A stretch of DNA of 64,000 bases from Guillardia theta CCMP2712 (GCF_000315625.1 NW_005434672.1:713374-777373), one strand, 5' to 3'; shown: positions 13,350-24,746, counted from the stretch's first letter. Made by a program: numbers and translations. The notes: generated from the letters alone by a model not told the origin.

Positions 13350-14270
13350 AGCAGGAACAAGCTAAACCTGCTTGCACACAGCGACCAGCGAGAAGCTGCA
13401 CAAACACACACAAAACACAAGCCCGAAAAGAACCAGCACTGCTGGCAACCGAACGGTCAGCAGACCCGGCACCGCCAGCCCCGGCAAGCGCGAAGCCGCG
13501 CAGACAAGCAGCCGAAGGGTCAAGCAATCAAGCGAGATGGATTTGCTGGCAGAAGGTAAAAAGTGCCTCAAGCAAAACAAAGCAGGAACAAGCTAAACCT
13601 CCTGGCACACAGCGCACAGCGAGAAGCTGCACAAACACACACAAAACACAAGCCCGAAAAGAACAGTCAGTACACGGATTTACAAAACACAGGCCCGAAA
13701 ACAACCAGCACTGCTGGCAACCAGACGCGGCATCGCCAGCCCAAGCGCGAAGCCGCGCAGACAAGCAGCCGAAGGGTCAAGCAAGCAAGCAACAAGCAGC
13801 AGGAGCATGCAGGAGGAATAACATCCCTTAGACGCGATACCCGGAGGCAGCCGACTGACCACTGTCAGTCGAGACGTCCGCTGCCGCCGCAAACTTGAAG
13901 CTGGCGGCCGCGGACGGAGAAAGGGCGGCAGCGCCGGCTCCTTGTGGGCAGCCGCCGACAAGGAGCCGGCGCTGCCCGGGGGTCACTGAGTCCGCCGGGC
14001 CTGGGTGGTGGAACGTATGCCAGCCGTGCCAGTCAGATAGCGCCGAGTGACAACTTGAAAGACTCTCCTGTACACCAAGACGACTTACGTGGCAAGGCGG
14101 CATGTAGTACGTGGGACGAAGAGTGGGCTTTCCGTCTTGCTAAGGTCCTCTCATGTCTGGATGCTTGGGTTTCACATCCTAGCATACAGTCTATCTCTCA
14201 TGTGCTCCTCAATTCTGGTTTTGTGTGCATTAAACTCGGTCTTGAGCAAAAACTTTCTTGTTACACTGGG

Positions 14271-14350
14271 CTAAGGTCAATGTGAAATCTGCGTGACCCT
14301 TTGGACTACGCTAAGGTCAATGTGAAATCTGCGTGACCCTTTGGACTACG
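14271..14350. repeat. Perfect 40-bp tandem duplication
   Basis: ctaaggtcaatgtgaaatctgcgtgaccctttggactacg occurs twice, at the junction with a retroelement copy. Confidence 0.95.
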
Positions 14351-15919
14351 GTACAAGTCCAGCAGCGGACGGAGGGAGGCTGGACCGTGGCACAGGAACA
14401 CGGTGCCGCTCGACTCGGCGAGGCCCGGTAGTCCTCCTCGCTAGCCTCCGACGGTCAGCCTGGCAGAAGGGCCGAAACCAACCGTGAACACCCGGTGACC
14501 GCGGCCCGTGACCGTACGGTCGGACGGCCGGGCGACGCCGCGGCAATGGGCCAAGGACCGGCCGGGCGTGACCCGACCGATGCCGGGGAGGAACCGATGC
14601 CGGGCAGGAACCGGTGACCAGTGAACTTGGAAGCAGGCGAGCTCGGACCAGCAGCAACTTGGGGGGGCACACCCCCGGCCCCGCGGGGCCCCGCCCAGTG
14701 GTGTCGAGCTCTCCGGAGGCACCCGACGTCACAGTGAGGGACGGAGACGCCTCAGCGAGTCGCGGCAGCTCCGCGCCGGTCGTCGGCGCCACTCGAAGAG
14801 TTGGGCCCCCATCGGAGTCCCTGAGACCTCCGGCCGCGGTCGGAAGACTCCTCCTCGCCGGGCGACTCGACAAAGTCCGAGGACTCCGGGGCAGTGTCCT
14901 CTGGCTTGCGCCCGCAACTTGGCAAGGGCGTCATGCGCCTCCGAGCGGCGGGCATCAGACAAGAGCGCCTCCACAGTCAGCTGCATAGTGAGGCGCTGAT
15001 AGGTGGCGGCGCGTTTGCGAGGGCCAAGACCTCAGCAGCCGCACGCGGCCGTCATCAGGCACCGTCGAAGTGCCGACCAAACGCCGCATCCTCAAGAAGC
15101 ATCGAGCGCTGAGCAATGATGTCCGCCAGATACCAGAAAGTTGACTCAGTCACCGTCAGTACAGCTTCTCGCTGTGCGGAACAGTGCGGCGCGTCCGGCG
15201 ATCATCCGGAGTCCGATGTGACTCAGTGTCTATCCGCCCGGCCAGCCACCACCGTCTGAGAAAGCCTGCCGCAATGAACTTGGCAACGCATCGTCCTGCA
15301 TAGGGCCAGTTGACTTTGAATGACTTTGAGTACTGTAAACAATCGGATGGGCCCCGGTGGCGGCTCGGAGCCTCGGAGCGGCCCATCGCCGGCCCGGGCC
15401 TTCCAACTTCACCGTAGTCACAAAAAGCTAGGTTTACTCAAAGCTAGGCAGTCGGCCTGCTTTGTAGGGGTAGGGGTAAGCTGTGGAGAGTGGTAGGGGT
15501 AGGGGTAAGCTGGAGCCTTCGGGAAGGTGCGGATCAGTGACTGGTAGGAAAACGTGGGGGTCATGATCAGGCGCATAGGGGGTGGGGGTTACCCTCAGAG
15601 TCTACGTCACACGTGCGACGTGACCGTCCGACGGGGTAAGGTACGGTAGTACGGTCGCCTGCCCTGTTGGGTGGTGGATGAGGTAGGGGTGGTGGTATAG
15701 GTGTCTCAAGGGGTCTCGGTTGGTCCAGGGGTAATCGTCAGTACCCTACCTTTGTTAAGACATACCCCCGTTTCAAACTACCCCACCCCTCTAAATCCCC
15801 AAGCTTGAACCTCGAATATCTCTATGTACCCCTATCAATACTACCCTTGCTGGATCACAAGCACCCCTACCACCCGACCGCACTCTTAAGCCTCGAGGAG
15901 GCCGTTCACCTCTGCCGCA

Positions 15920-17409
15920 ATGCTGCTCTCTCGCGTCGCGCTCATCGCCTGCGCGATGGCAGGAGCCAGCGCTTTTGCTCCCTCGGGTCCCGCATCCCTG
16001 TCCTCTTTCCGAGTGCTTGCTGCTGCCAGGACGAATCTTCGCCCTAAGGCTGACACCGGCAGGACTGTTGTGAGGCGGTCAGCGTTGACGATGATGGCTG
16101 CGAAGCAAACCCCGCACGGAGGAAAGCTTGTGGATCTGATGGTGAAGGACGAGGCGGAGAAGAAGAAGATCGCCTCGTCATGCCACTTTGAGCACCAGCT
16201 TACTGATCGTCAGCTTTGCGACGTAGAGCTGATCATCAATGGTGGACTTTCTCCATTGAACGGGTTCATGAACGAGGAGACCTACAAGAAGGTTGTTGAT
16301 GACATGAGGCTGCCTAGTGGTCTTCTCTTCGGCCTCCCCATCGTATTCGACACCAACCGCGATGATTTTGTTCCAGGAAAGAAAGTGTTGCTGAAGCAGG
16401 GAGACCGTGACATCGCTGTTTTCACCATTGAGGATCGTTTTAAGCCAGACAAGGTTCACGAGTGCAAGCAGTGCTATGGAGTCACAACGTTGGAGCATCC
16501 CGGTGTCTTGATGGTTTCCACTGAGCGTGGAGCTTTCTATTGTGGTGGAAGTCTTCAGGGCCTCAACCTCCCAGTCCGTGAGTTCCCTTGCAGGACTCCT
16601 GCTGAGGTTAGGACCGACCTTCCTGATGACAAGGATGTTGTTGCATTCCAGTGCAGAAATCCCGTTCATCGTGCTCATTACGAGCTCTTCACTCGCGCTC
16701 TCGATGCTCCTGAAGTCGGTCCTGAAGGTGTTGTCCTCGTGCATCCAACCTGTGGCCCCACCCAGGCTGACGACATCCCGGGAACCGTTCGCTACAAGAC
16801 ATACGTGCGCCTGGCGGAGGAGACCAAGAACCCCAGGATCAGATGGGACTACCTTCCCTACTCTATGCACATGGCTGGACCTCGTGAGGCCATCCAGCAC
16901 ATGATGATCCGCAAGAACTTCGGTTGCACTCACTTCATCATCGGCCGCGACATGGCCGGTTCCAAGAGCTCGATCACTGGCGATGACTTCTACGGTCCTT
17001 ACGATGCTCAGGTAAGCAGGGCGGGAGGAAAAGTGAGAGAGTGGAGAGAGTGACCTTGGTTCGAACAGGACTTCGCCAAGAAGCATGGTCCTGAGCTCGG
17101 AGTTACCCCTGTCCCTTCGCTCAACCTTGTCTATACGCAGGAGAAGGTACGGTGACAGTTGCGAGTGTTTGTGATGACCTATGTTGACAGGGCTATGTGA
17201 CCGCTGAACAAGCCAAGGAGGAGGGACTGGAAACTCTGAAGCTCTCAGGTACCAAGTTCAGGAAGATGCTTCGCAGGTGACCGCGTGGCTTCTGATCCGA
17301 TTGTTGAACTGATGATGTGATTGACAGCGGGGAGGACATTCCTGAGTGGTTCGCTTTCAAGTCTGTTGTTGAGGTTCTGCGTGAGGATGTTCTTGCCTCA
17401 CCCAAGTAA
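15920..17409 (+). CDS. sat: Plastid-targeted ATP sulfurylase (sulfate adenylyltransferase), Cys-rich type
   Basis: Bipartite presequence ..AGASA-FAP. Motifs PHGGKLVDL, AFQCRNPVHRAH, MHMAGPREA, GCTHFIIGRDMAG, LSGTKFRKML and IPEWF. Introns at 17012-17068, 17147-17190 and ~17278-17328. Confidence 0.96.
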
Positions 17410-17513
17410 ACACTCCCGACACCTTCCACTTTCCGTTTGTTCTAGACACGTACAGGATGAAGCACCCAGGAGCACAATAGTTTTGACGCCAACAAAGAAT
17501 GACAATGCCGGCA

Positions 17514-18950
17514 TCAGTTCCATTTCAACTGGGACCTCTCATTCCAGTACTCGTCGGGTGACATTCGCACCTGCAAGCATTCGGACGAGCCGTCAAACTA
17601 GTAGCCTGGGAGCATGAGTGCAAAGGGGTTGAACCTCGTTCATCAGAGATTGGACAAGAGACATCTTGCTTGGGTCTGCCTGAATACTTGCAGACAGGCT
17701 GACCGCTTCGAAGTTTGACCTCATCTGAGAAACAGCTGAGCCGAATGTGTCTGACCTGAATCCATACCTGGTCAGGTGTGGCAGCACCAGAGAGCACGAG
17801 GGGTTGGAAGGGCTGGAGAAGGACGCCTGTAGAGCGTCAAAACTGTCAAGGCAACAGCCAGCTGCTCACATGCCAGGGCAAGAGCATCTGGTGAGCACCC
17901 CATGTGATCCGCGAGCTTCCTGAGTGATGGCGACGCTGAGCCCTAGCGGTGGTTGATGAAGGATCAGAGAAGACCAAAGCTCTCAAAGCTTACCTTCAGT
18001 AGCCGTCCGTTGCCCATGGCCTCCTTGACTATCACTTGGAGGTCCGCTACTCGTGCTTGGTGCAGCGCTTCACCAGCTGACTGCTCAGCTAGGTTCCATG
18101 TGGCCTGCGAACAGTGAGCGATCCAGGAGCTCGTCAAGGGATGGACCTGGACGGAGTCAAACAAGCGCCCTTGGCTAAGGTCTCCTCCTTCTTCCATCGG
18201 AATCTTGAGCGCTGCCTCCAGCACTTGCGCTTGTTGTGTCCCCGAGAGACTCAGCCCCAGCCCCACTCCATTTTCGGCCTTGAACCTCCTCATCTCGTTC
18301 AAGAGCTCCTCGTTTTCCAGCACTCCGCTCTCGAGAGTGGCAGAGTGGATCTGATACAAGCGAAGATGATCCTTGAGGAGGTGGAGAGTCTCCTGCTGCT
18401 GCTTCAAGAAGTGCGACGTTGAATGATCCTTCACTTCGTGCGGAGCTCCTCCAGTGTCGATCCTCCATTCTGCGAGGGGCACATTAGGGCACAGATTGTA
18501 TGCTGTTCATGGCACCTGCTGTATATCGATAACCCCATTTGCTTCCTATGCAGACGTCTTGACTCTCAACCTTTCGGCTTTCCAACCAAGACGACAAGAA
18601 TTCTTCTGCTCTACCGTATGATCGAGCCGCATCGAAGTATCTCACTCCACATGCCCATGCCGCATCCAACACCTGGAAAGTTTGTTCCTTCATGAGCTCC
18701 ACGCTGCGCTCACTGGATGTGCTCAGTTCCTCGCTCCTCCTGCATAATACAGTCATGCACGCAAAGCCTCTGGTTCTGCCTACCCCAGGTTGATGTAGCC
18801 AGGCCTCCCGAGAGCGGCAAGTCCCAACCCAATTCTTGGCACCGGTGTGCCCTTAGTAGCGAAGAGAGATGAGGAGACGGAGGAGGAGGGGGAAGGGGAG
18901 GAACTCATCACGATATTCGCCGCCATAACAAAAGCGCTTGTAACAACCAT
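17514..18950 (-). CDS. Aldo/keto reductase, bacterial-type subfamily
   Basis: IGLGLAALGRPGYINLG, GVRYFDAARSYGRAEEFL, GSKWGYRYTA, LYQIHSATLESGVL, VKEAMGNGRL, VLSGAATPDQ and C-terminal YWNERSQLKWN*. Multiple short introns. Confidence 0.88.
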
Positions 18951-19212
18951 GGAATCGCCCTCGTCTCCACTCTGACCAGTCCCGAGGAAGTTTCAGTCTC
19001 CGAGTCCCGAGTGCTCCAACCGGGCCCGATGAGCAGGGCCTGCCAGAAGGACCCGGTGGTTTCCCTTTGAATGAAGGTTGACACGACGGGTACCTGGCTG
19101 AGTTAGGGTCGTAACAAATGGGGGTACTTGTTCTAATATATGGGGGTAGGGGTGATCATTAGAAACAATTTTTGTCTCTATTCCCCTTCCCCACATTCGT
19201 AGCGCTGTACCC

Positions 19213-19315
19213 GTCTCCTCCCTCCGTCTCCTCCCTCCGTCTCCTCCCTCCGTCTCCTCCCTCCGTCTCCTCCCTCCGTCTCCTCCCTCCGTCTCCTCCC
19301 TCCGTCTCCTCCCTA
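19213..19315. repeat. 13-bp minisatellite (CCCTCCGTCTCCT)n
   Basis: About 8 tandem units between the divergent AKR and BART-START genes. Confidence 0.9.
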
Positions 19316-19442
19316 CGACCTTGCTCGTCATCCTTCTTCCTTCTGTCACCCTGCTCGTCATCTCTTGGTTATATCTATTTCTCCTGCTCGTTCTTGCATA
19401 CATTGAATCGCCTGACCTTCTCCGCCTCGTCTCGTGGTTGCC

Positions 19443-20704
19443 ATGCAGTCCGATGAAATCTTCCGTGCGTTGCTCAGCATTGAAAAGATGATCCAGGGAC
19501 CTGAGTTCGAAACCTGGCGCAAGCAATTTGTGGATCGGAATCTTGAGCATTTCTCCTTCGAGGATGAGAACAAGCTCATCTATACTGACATCCACAAGGA
19601 GTACGAGGAAGGCATCGAGAAGCTAATAGAGCAAAGTTTGCCTCCAGGCACGGGCATGGAAGGGCTCATGGAGGCGCTTCCTGCATACCTTGAGAGCTCG
19701 GAGGCGCACAGAGAGGAAACTGCTCGAACTGTGAAGCTCTTGCTGGAGATTGGAGACTTCAAAGACTTCAGGGAGATGATGCTATATGCCAAGAGGCAGA
19801 AAGAGGAAGAGGGCGAGAGCGGCACTGATCAATCTCTTTCCTCGCTCTCAGGAGGAGGCTCAGTCTTTGAAGTCGACGGTCTCATCGAGATGTGTGGACT
19901 GCTGGCTGACACTGGTGCAAATGAGGACGGCTGGGTGACCGTCTACCAAAACAAGTGGATGCGAATTGACAAGAAGGTATCCATCTCCATCTCCTTCTCC
20001 TTCTCCTTGTCCTTCTCCTTCTCCTTCTCCTGCTCCCCTTGTCCCCTCACCTCTCCACTTATTCGCCATCTTCCTGACTTTGCCGATCGCAGCCCGTGGA
20101 CGAGAAGCTCAAGCGGCATAAGAACGAGATCTTCTTGCGGGGGGTGATGACCCTCGACCTGACCTACAAGGAGTGCCTCGACATGTTCCTCTTCTTCGGA
20201 GATCGCAGGAGAGAATGGGACACCAACTACCGCGGTTACGAGCTGCCGATGGGAGGAGACGTAGTCGACGACGACGACGTGGTCATCAGGTCCAAGCTTG
20301 ACTTCGGTACCCTCATGCACATGGTCGGCATTCCCCGCTCCCTCCTCGTCAAGTACGTCAGGCGTTGGGACTTTCCGCGACAAGGAAGCGTGTCTACCGC
20401 CATGGTGCCATGGGACGAGAAGAAGAACGCCTTCGACGACAAGAACAAGGTCCTCTCCCTCAAAACCAACACCATCATGCCGCACCCCGAGCTCCCGGAC
20501 AAGTCGCTCATTACCACGCTTGAGATCAACAAGCTCGGCGGGATGCCGAAATGGGCCCTCAACATCCTCATGACCGCGACAGCTCCGCAGCTGGTGAAGG
20601 GACTCGAGCAGAGATACATCGCCAAGATCAGGAAGAGCGGAAAAACAGTCGACATGACGCCAGAGGGGAGAAAGAAGAGAGCGAAAGGAGCCGAGACCTG
20701 GTAG
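19443..20704 (+). CDS. BART (ARL2BP/CFAP36-like) domain fused to a START-like lipid-binding domain
   Basis: BART motifs FEDENKLIYTDIHKEYEEGIEKLIE and DFKDFREMML. START-like motifs RRREWD, RRWDFP and KLGGMPKWALN. Phase-0 intron 19977-20092. Confidence 0.72.
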
Positions 20705-20849
20705 ATGAAGACGCGAACCTTCAATCACTAAGCGGCGCTTGTCGGCTGCAACAACTGAAGGACCGGGCGAGCGACCCTTCTTAGACGCCATCGCACCTGC
20801 AAATGATTTAGATGAGTGAAAAGTTTCAAAATAACGTAGGAAGCGAAGA

Positions 20850-22726
20850 AGAATTATTGAATACTAATAGATACCTGAACTGCGAGCTGCGTCAGGCTAC
20901 GAGGAGCTGCAGGTGGAGGAGGGGTTCGCATGACGGCGCTCTCCTCTGGTGTCGCCTCATTGACCCTGTGAATGTGCGTGAGGAGAAAGACGGCTCATTC
21001 TTATTTTCACCTCCTCCACATGCCGCTGATCTTCGAGACCAGCTCGTTCCTGATCTGCAGGAGCGCATCAATCGACAAACGAAGAAGTGGAGATGGTGTT
21101 CACCTCTTCATCAAACAGGAGCTGACCGTGCTTCGCATCCCCCATCACATACGCCTCGACACAAGAAGCTTCGGAGAGACCAGCAGCATGTTCGGCGATG
21201 TGGTGCAGGACTGCACTAGAGGGGACGATCTGATCTCTTTCAGACAGGCAGATGATGGAAGGGATCTTGTGCTTTTCGAGGTCCTGGGCCCAGAGGATGT
21301 TGCGGTACCACCAGAAGTTGCGACGAAGCGCATGGTTGAGGAAGAGCTCGGAGCCGATCAGGTCGGAGATGCTGCCCTCGCGCTCATGGCGGTAGAGGAA
21401 GTTGAAGAGAATGTCCCGAAGGTTGAGCATCATCACAACAGGGTCAATGAGGGCGACGCCAGCGACCCGGGAAGGAAGGTGATGGATCATCCATGATGTC
21501 ATCACCGTACCGTACGAGTGCCCGACGAAGAAAGCCTTGCTGATATCCCAGCGAGCGAAGATGCTCTCCATGCTCGCGACCTGCTCACTGATGCTCGGCA
21601 CGTTGGCCTCTAAGTTGCTGGACACAAACGGGATCTCAACGCACAGGATGGGGCAGTCAAGAGCGACGAGCTCGCGGAGCACGCTGACGTAGGTCACCAA
21701 CCCGACGCCAACGCCGTGAAAGAAGACGATGGGTGTTCGCTTCCTCCCCTCCAGGGACTTGGGAACGCGCATCCAATAGTCGAAGGCATCGGAGCCGAAT
21801 TTCTCAAAGCCCAGCATGCCGAGCTGAGAACTGCCGAGGGAACCGAGCAGAGACTGACAGACAGCATAGTAGAGGAGAGGTTTGTGCGTGAACTGCAGCG
21901 GCTCGATGTTGAATCGCATGCAAGGAAGAGGAGATTCGCCGGCTGAGCGAGGACGAAAGGAAGAACCAGTCCGCTCTTCGATCAGCTGTAAAACGTCCTC
22001 CAGCAGCCGCTTGCTCTCCTTCTCCAGGCGGTCTGGCGTGCTGCTGAAAGTTGCCCAGGCGAGAAAGTCGTGCATGTCCTCCCGGCGAATGCGCTCGAAA
22101 TCAGCACCGTAGAACCAGCCGGAGAGAAACTCGCGGGGTCCCTCAGCTCCAGTCATCAAGCACAGCTCCCACAGCTCTCTCACATCGCGCGACAAGGGCT
22201 CGGGAGCCTTCGGAGAATCCAGCAGTCGAGCCTGGACAGTCAGGTAAGAGGCGAAGACAAGCTCCGCCAGGACATGCGCGTAGGTTGGCAGCAGCGAGTG
22301 CGTTGCTGGCATCCAGCTGAGCGCGAGCGTCATGGTGGCGAGCCAGGGGATTGCCTCTAGCTTGAGATTGTCGATCTGGACCTGCAGCTGGGGTTGGGGC
22401 ATCCCAGAAGGGACCGTGGTGGTCGGGGTTTGCTGACGGAGGATGTCAGGATCGAAGCAAGAGGTCGGGGGCGAAGAAAGATGTGAGGTGACCTGATGTT
22501 CACTGTTAGAGCAGACCAAGCACAAGCACTGCCATACCGACAAAGGAGCTCGCAGTCGGCATGAAGTTGAACGCCGGACACCATTCAGCTTGAGTGAACC
22601 CGAGCCATGTACACGTGCATGCGTTTGGACATGAGCGAAGGCTGCTGGTGTGGAGGTTGCTCCTTGGATGATTTCAAGGGAGCAGATTAAAGCTCCAGCA
22701 AGTGCTGAAGTCCAGGTGGGTAGCAT
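20850..22726 (-). CDS. Alpha/beta hydrolase fold protein with signal and transit-like presequence
   Basis: PIVFFHGVGVGL, nucleophile elbow GHSYG, LIDPV, DQIVP and KHG. The 3' end is approximate (two small introns near 21100 and 21000). Confidence 0.8.
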
Positions 22727-23181
22727 GGTAGCAGCAGGGTTGGCTCACTATACAATATCACACATCCCGCTATCGGTCGTGCTACCTGAGACCCAATCTG
22801 AACCGAGGACGACTATGAAGGTGAGTAAGGAGAGGGAAAGTTCAAACAGAACAATGCCAAGGAGAATCTCACGTCCCTCCTGTTCTTCTTGTTTCTTCTC
22901 TCTACCTTCTTCTCTTCACTTCTCTCTACCTCCTTGTCTTGTCTTCACCAGTAGCCTCCTCCCTGTCTCCCTGTCTCCCTGAGGGGTTTATATGGTTGCA
23001 ACTAGAGCCTTATCAGGGGCAGAGTGTGAGTACTGGGATAAAGTTAGGGTAAGGGTAAAAATGAAGGGGTACTATCGACTGTAATTTCAGGGGTCATCAG
23101 GTATGCTTGGGGGTAGATGACAAAGAGGAGTGTAGGGTGGGTGCAGTGAGGAGAGAGGAGGGGGTGGGGGTGGGGGTCAAG

Positions 23182-24746
23182 TCAATTCATTGGGAAGGCC
23201 ATGTCCAAGATCAGGGAGGATACAAAGTCGTCGAGGAGCATGAGCGGAGAGTCAGCGCCAAGACGAGCATGCTGACCCATGCACACGGCGACATGGCACT
23301 CCAGCAGGCTCGACAGCAGCTGCTCGGCCAGCGCCCGACACTGTGGAGGCTCGTTCCGCAGGCCGAGCTGAATCTGTTGCAACCCCGCTATCAACCCGCT
23401 CAAACGAATCCGATGCTGGAACTCGGGCTGATCGTTGATGCTGAGGATGATGAGAAGCACTCGTTCCATGACGCTGTCAGAGAGGTGCCTGCCAGCATGT
23501 GAGACATGTCGAGGCCTCGGCTCATGCCACTGCTTACCCTGGCTGCCACTCTCGAAGCACTCTGGCTAATTTTTCGATCATTCCCAACTCTACCAGCCTT
23601 GCCTAAGAGGCTGGAAGTCAGAATAGGTCAGAACAAGCAACAACGCAGATCGCACTTGATTTTCCTTGATGGCAGACAGATGACTCATTGGAATAATTAC
23701 ACTGTACAAAGCAAAAAGAATACCACCCCATTTCAACCCGTTCAACGAGTGCCTGTCGAACAAGAGGTTAGCGACAGGAATCCACGTAGGAAGTGAGATA
23801 CCCCAGAATGTTCACAGCCATTTCCAGGTGATTCGGATACTTGGCTAATACTGGGGCACAAATCTCATACCCTCCCTTCGCTCCCATGATGTTCGCAATC
23901 GCCAAGACGGCGCGAGCAACCCGGGCCTCATATTTCTCTCCTCTTCCCTTCTCCGATAATATTGGAGTGAGCACCTCCTCAACTATCCTAGCATGAATAA
24001 GAGCTTGAGCTGCTTCGATCGATCTTGACATGCAATTCAACGCCGAGATTGCCGCATTTCGCGCTCCCACGTGCCTTCCATTCGCTACAGATCTGATGGC
24101 ATCAAGCATGCCTGATATTCATGTCAGAAATAAAATGTTCGTATTATCGCAGAATTCCAAGCCAGCAAATAAAAGAACCGGGGCAACAAGGAAGAAAGAG
24201 AGAAAATACCTGGAAATTGTACGATATGTATGGGTGTGTGTTGACTGAAAGCAGCGCAATTGTTGATGACCAGAGCAGCATCCTCTTGATTGTTTCCATC
24301 ATGTTCTTGAAGCAGCAGTCTTAGACATTCCAGGCAACCCGGCGCGTTGATGATCGCCATACAGATCTTTTCATTTTGGTACGCAAGCTCACTGAGAGCG
24401 CTGCAAGCTTGGTACCTTGCTTCTACTGATCCAGACCTGTTGAGGCGATCAAGGGCAGCACAAAGATGAACCAGTGATAAATTTAACCTTAAGATACTAC
24501 AGAGTGCATTGACTGCTCCTTGACGATCCATCTTCTCTTTGTTTTCCCTGTTATGCTTATCCGCAGCATGTGCTTTTTGAAAGAGGTATCTTGCTGCTCG
24601 AGCTGCAGTTGCATCATCACCCGTAGCCAACTGTTATTGAGCTCAGAAGAGAACGAAACACACAGAATGGACACAACAACCTGTCGCACACACTCGCTGA
24701 TGTCTTCTGCACCGTCACCAGGTTGTGCTAAGTCTTGCTCTGTCAT
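23182..24746 (-). CDS. Armadillo-repeat protein with C-terminal MGxHARLG motif
   Basis: ARM-like blocks GAVNALCSIL, ARYQACSALSELA, QEDAALVINNCA and ARNAAISALNCMS. Spliced from ORFs at 24124, 23768 and 23182. Confidence 0.7.

Larger units (their letters stand above)
5450..15150. mobile_element. Nested, scrambled cluster of CRE-like (RT + restriction-like endonuclease) non-LTR retrotransposon fragments in both orientations
   Basis: RT motifs LRPIVIG..HRRLATK, QFG, SLDAKNAFNS, QGDVPS and AYADN. Zn-knuckle CQC..D..HHLQTC..AHD. RLE C-terminal motif EKIRKH..FIPLAISTDGTL..FIW. Many copies of the same ORF end and 3' UTR. Confidence 0.85.

Noticed and set aside
9000-13600. Constant repeat followed by variable sequence, superficially CRISPR-like
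   Set aside because: Spacing is irregular and both orientations occur. The spacers are element fragments, no cas genes are present, and the repeat is the retroelement 3' end.
9061-14988. Many 60-300 aa ORFs (KQEQAKP.., CFVLLEALFTFCQ..)
   Set aside because: These are translations of the repeated 3' UTR and low-complexity element tail, not genes.
5450-15150. Spliced-leader or telomere target array as for some CRE-clade elements
   Set aside because: No tandem SL-like unit or telomeric repeat tract is visible.
15603-15624. CACGTG in an imperfect palindrome upstream of ATP sulfurylase, recalling yeast Cbf1 MET-gene sites
   Set aside because: A single hexamer in palindrome-rich DNA is expected by chance.
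16178-17086. 302-aa antisense ORF (likewise 19943..20791, 39139..40269, 42731..43471)
   Set aside because: Shadow frames opposite well-supported GC3-rich genes, with no recognisable motifs.
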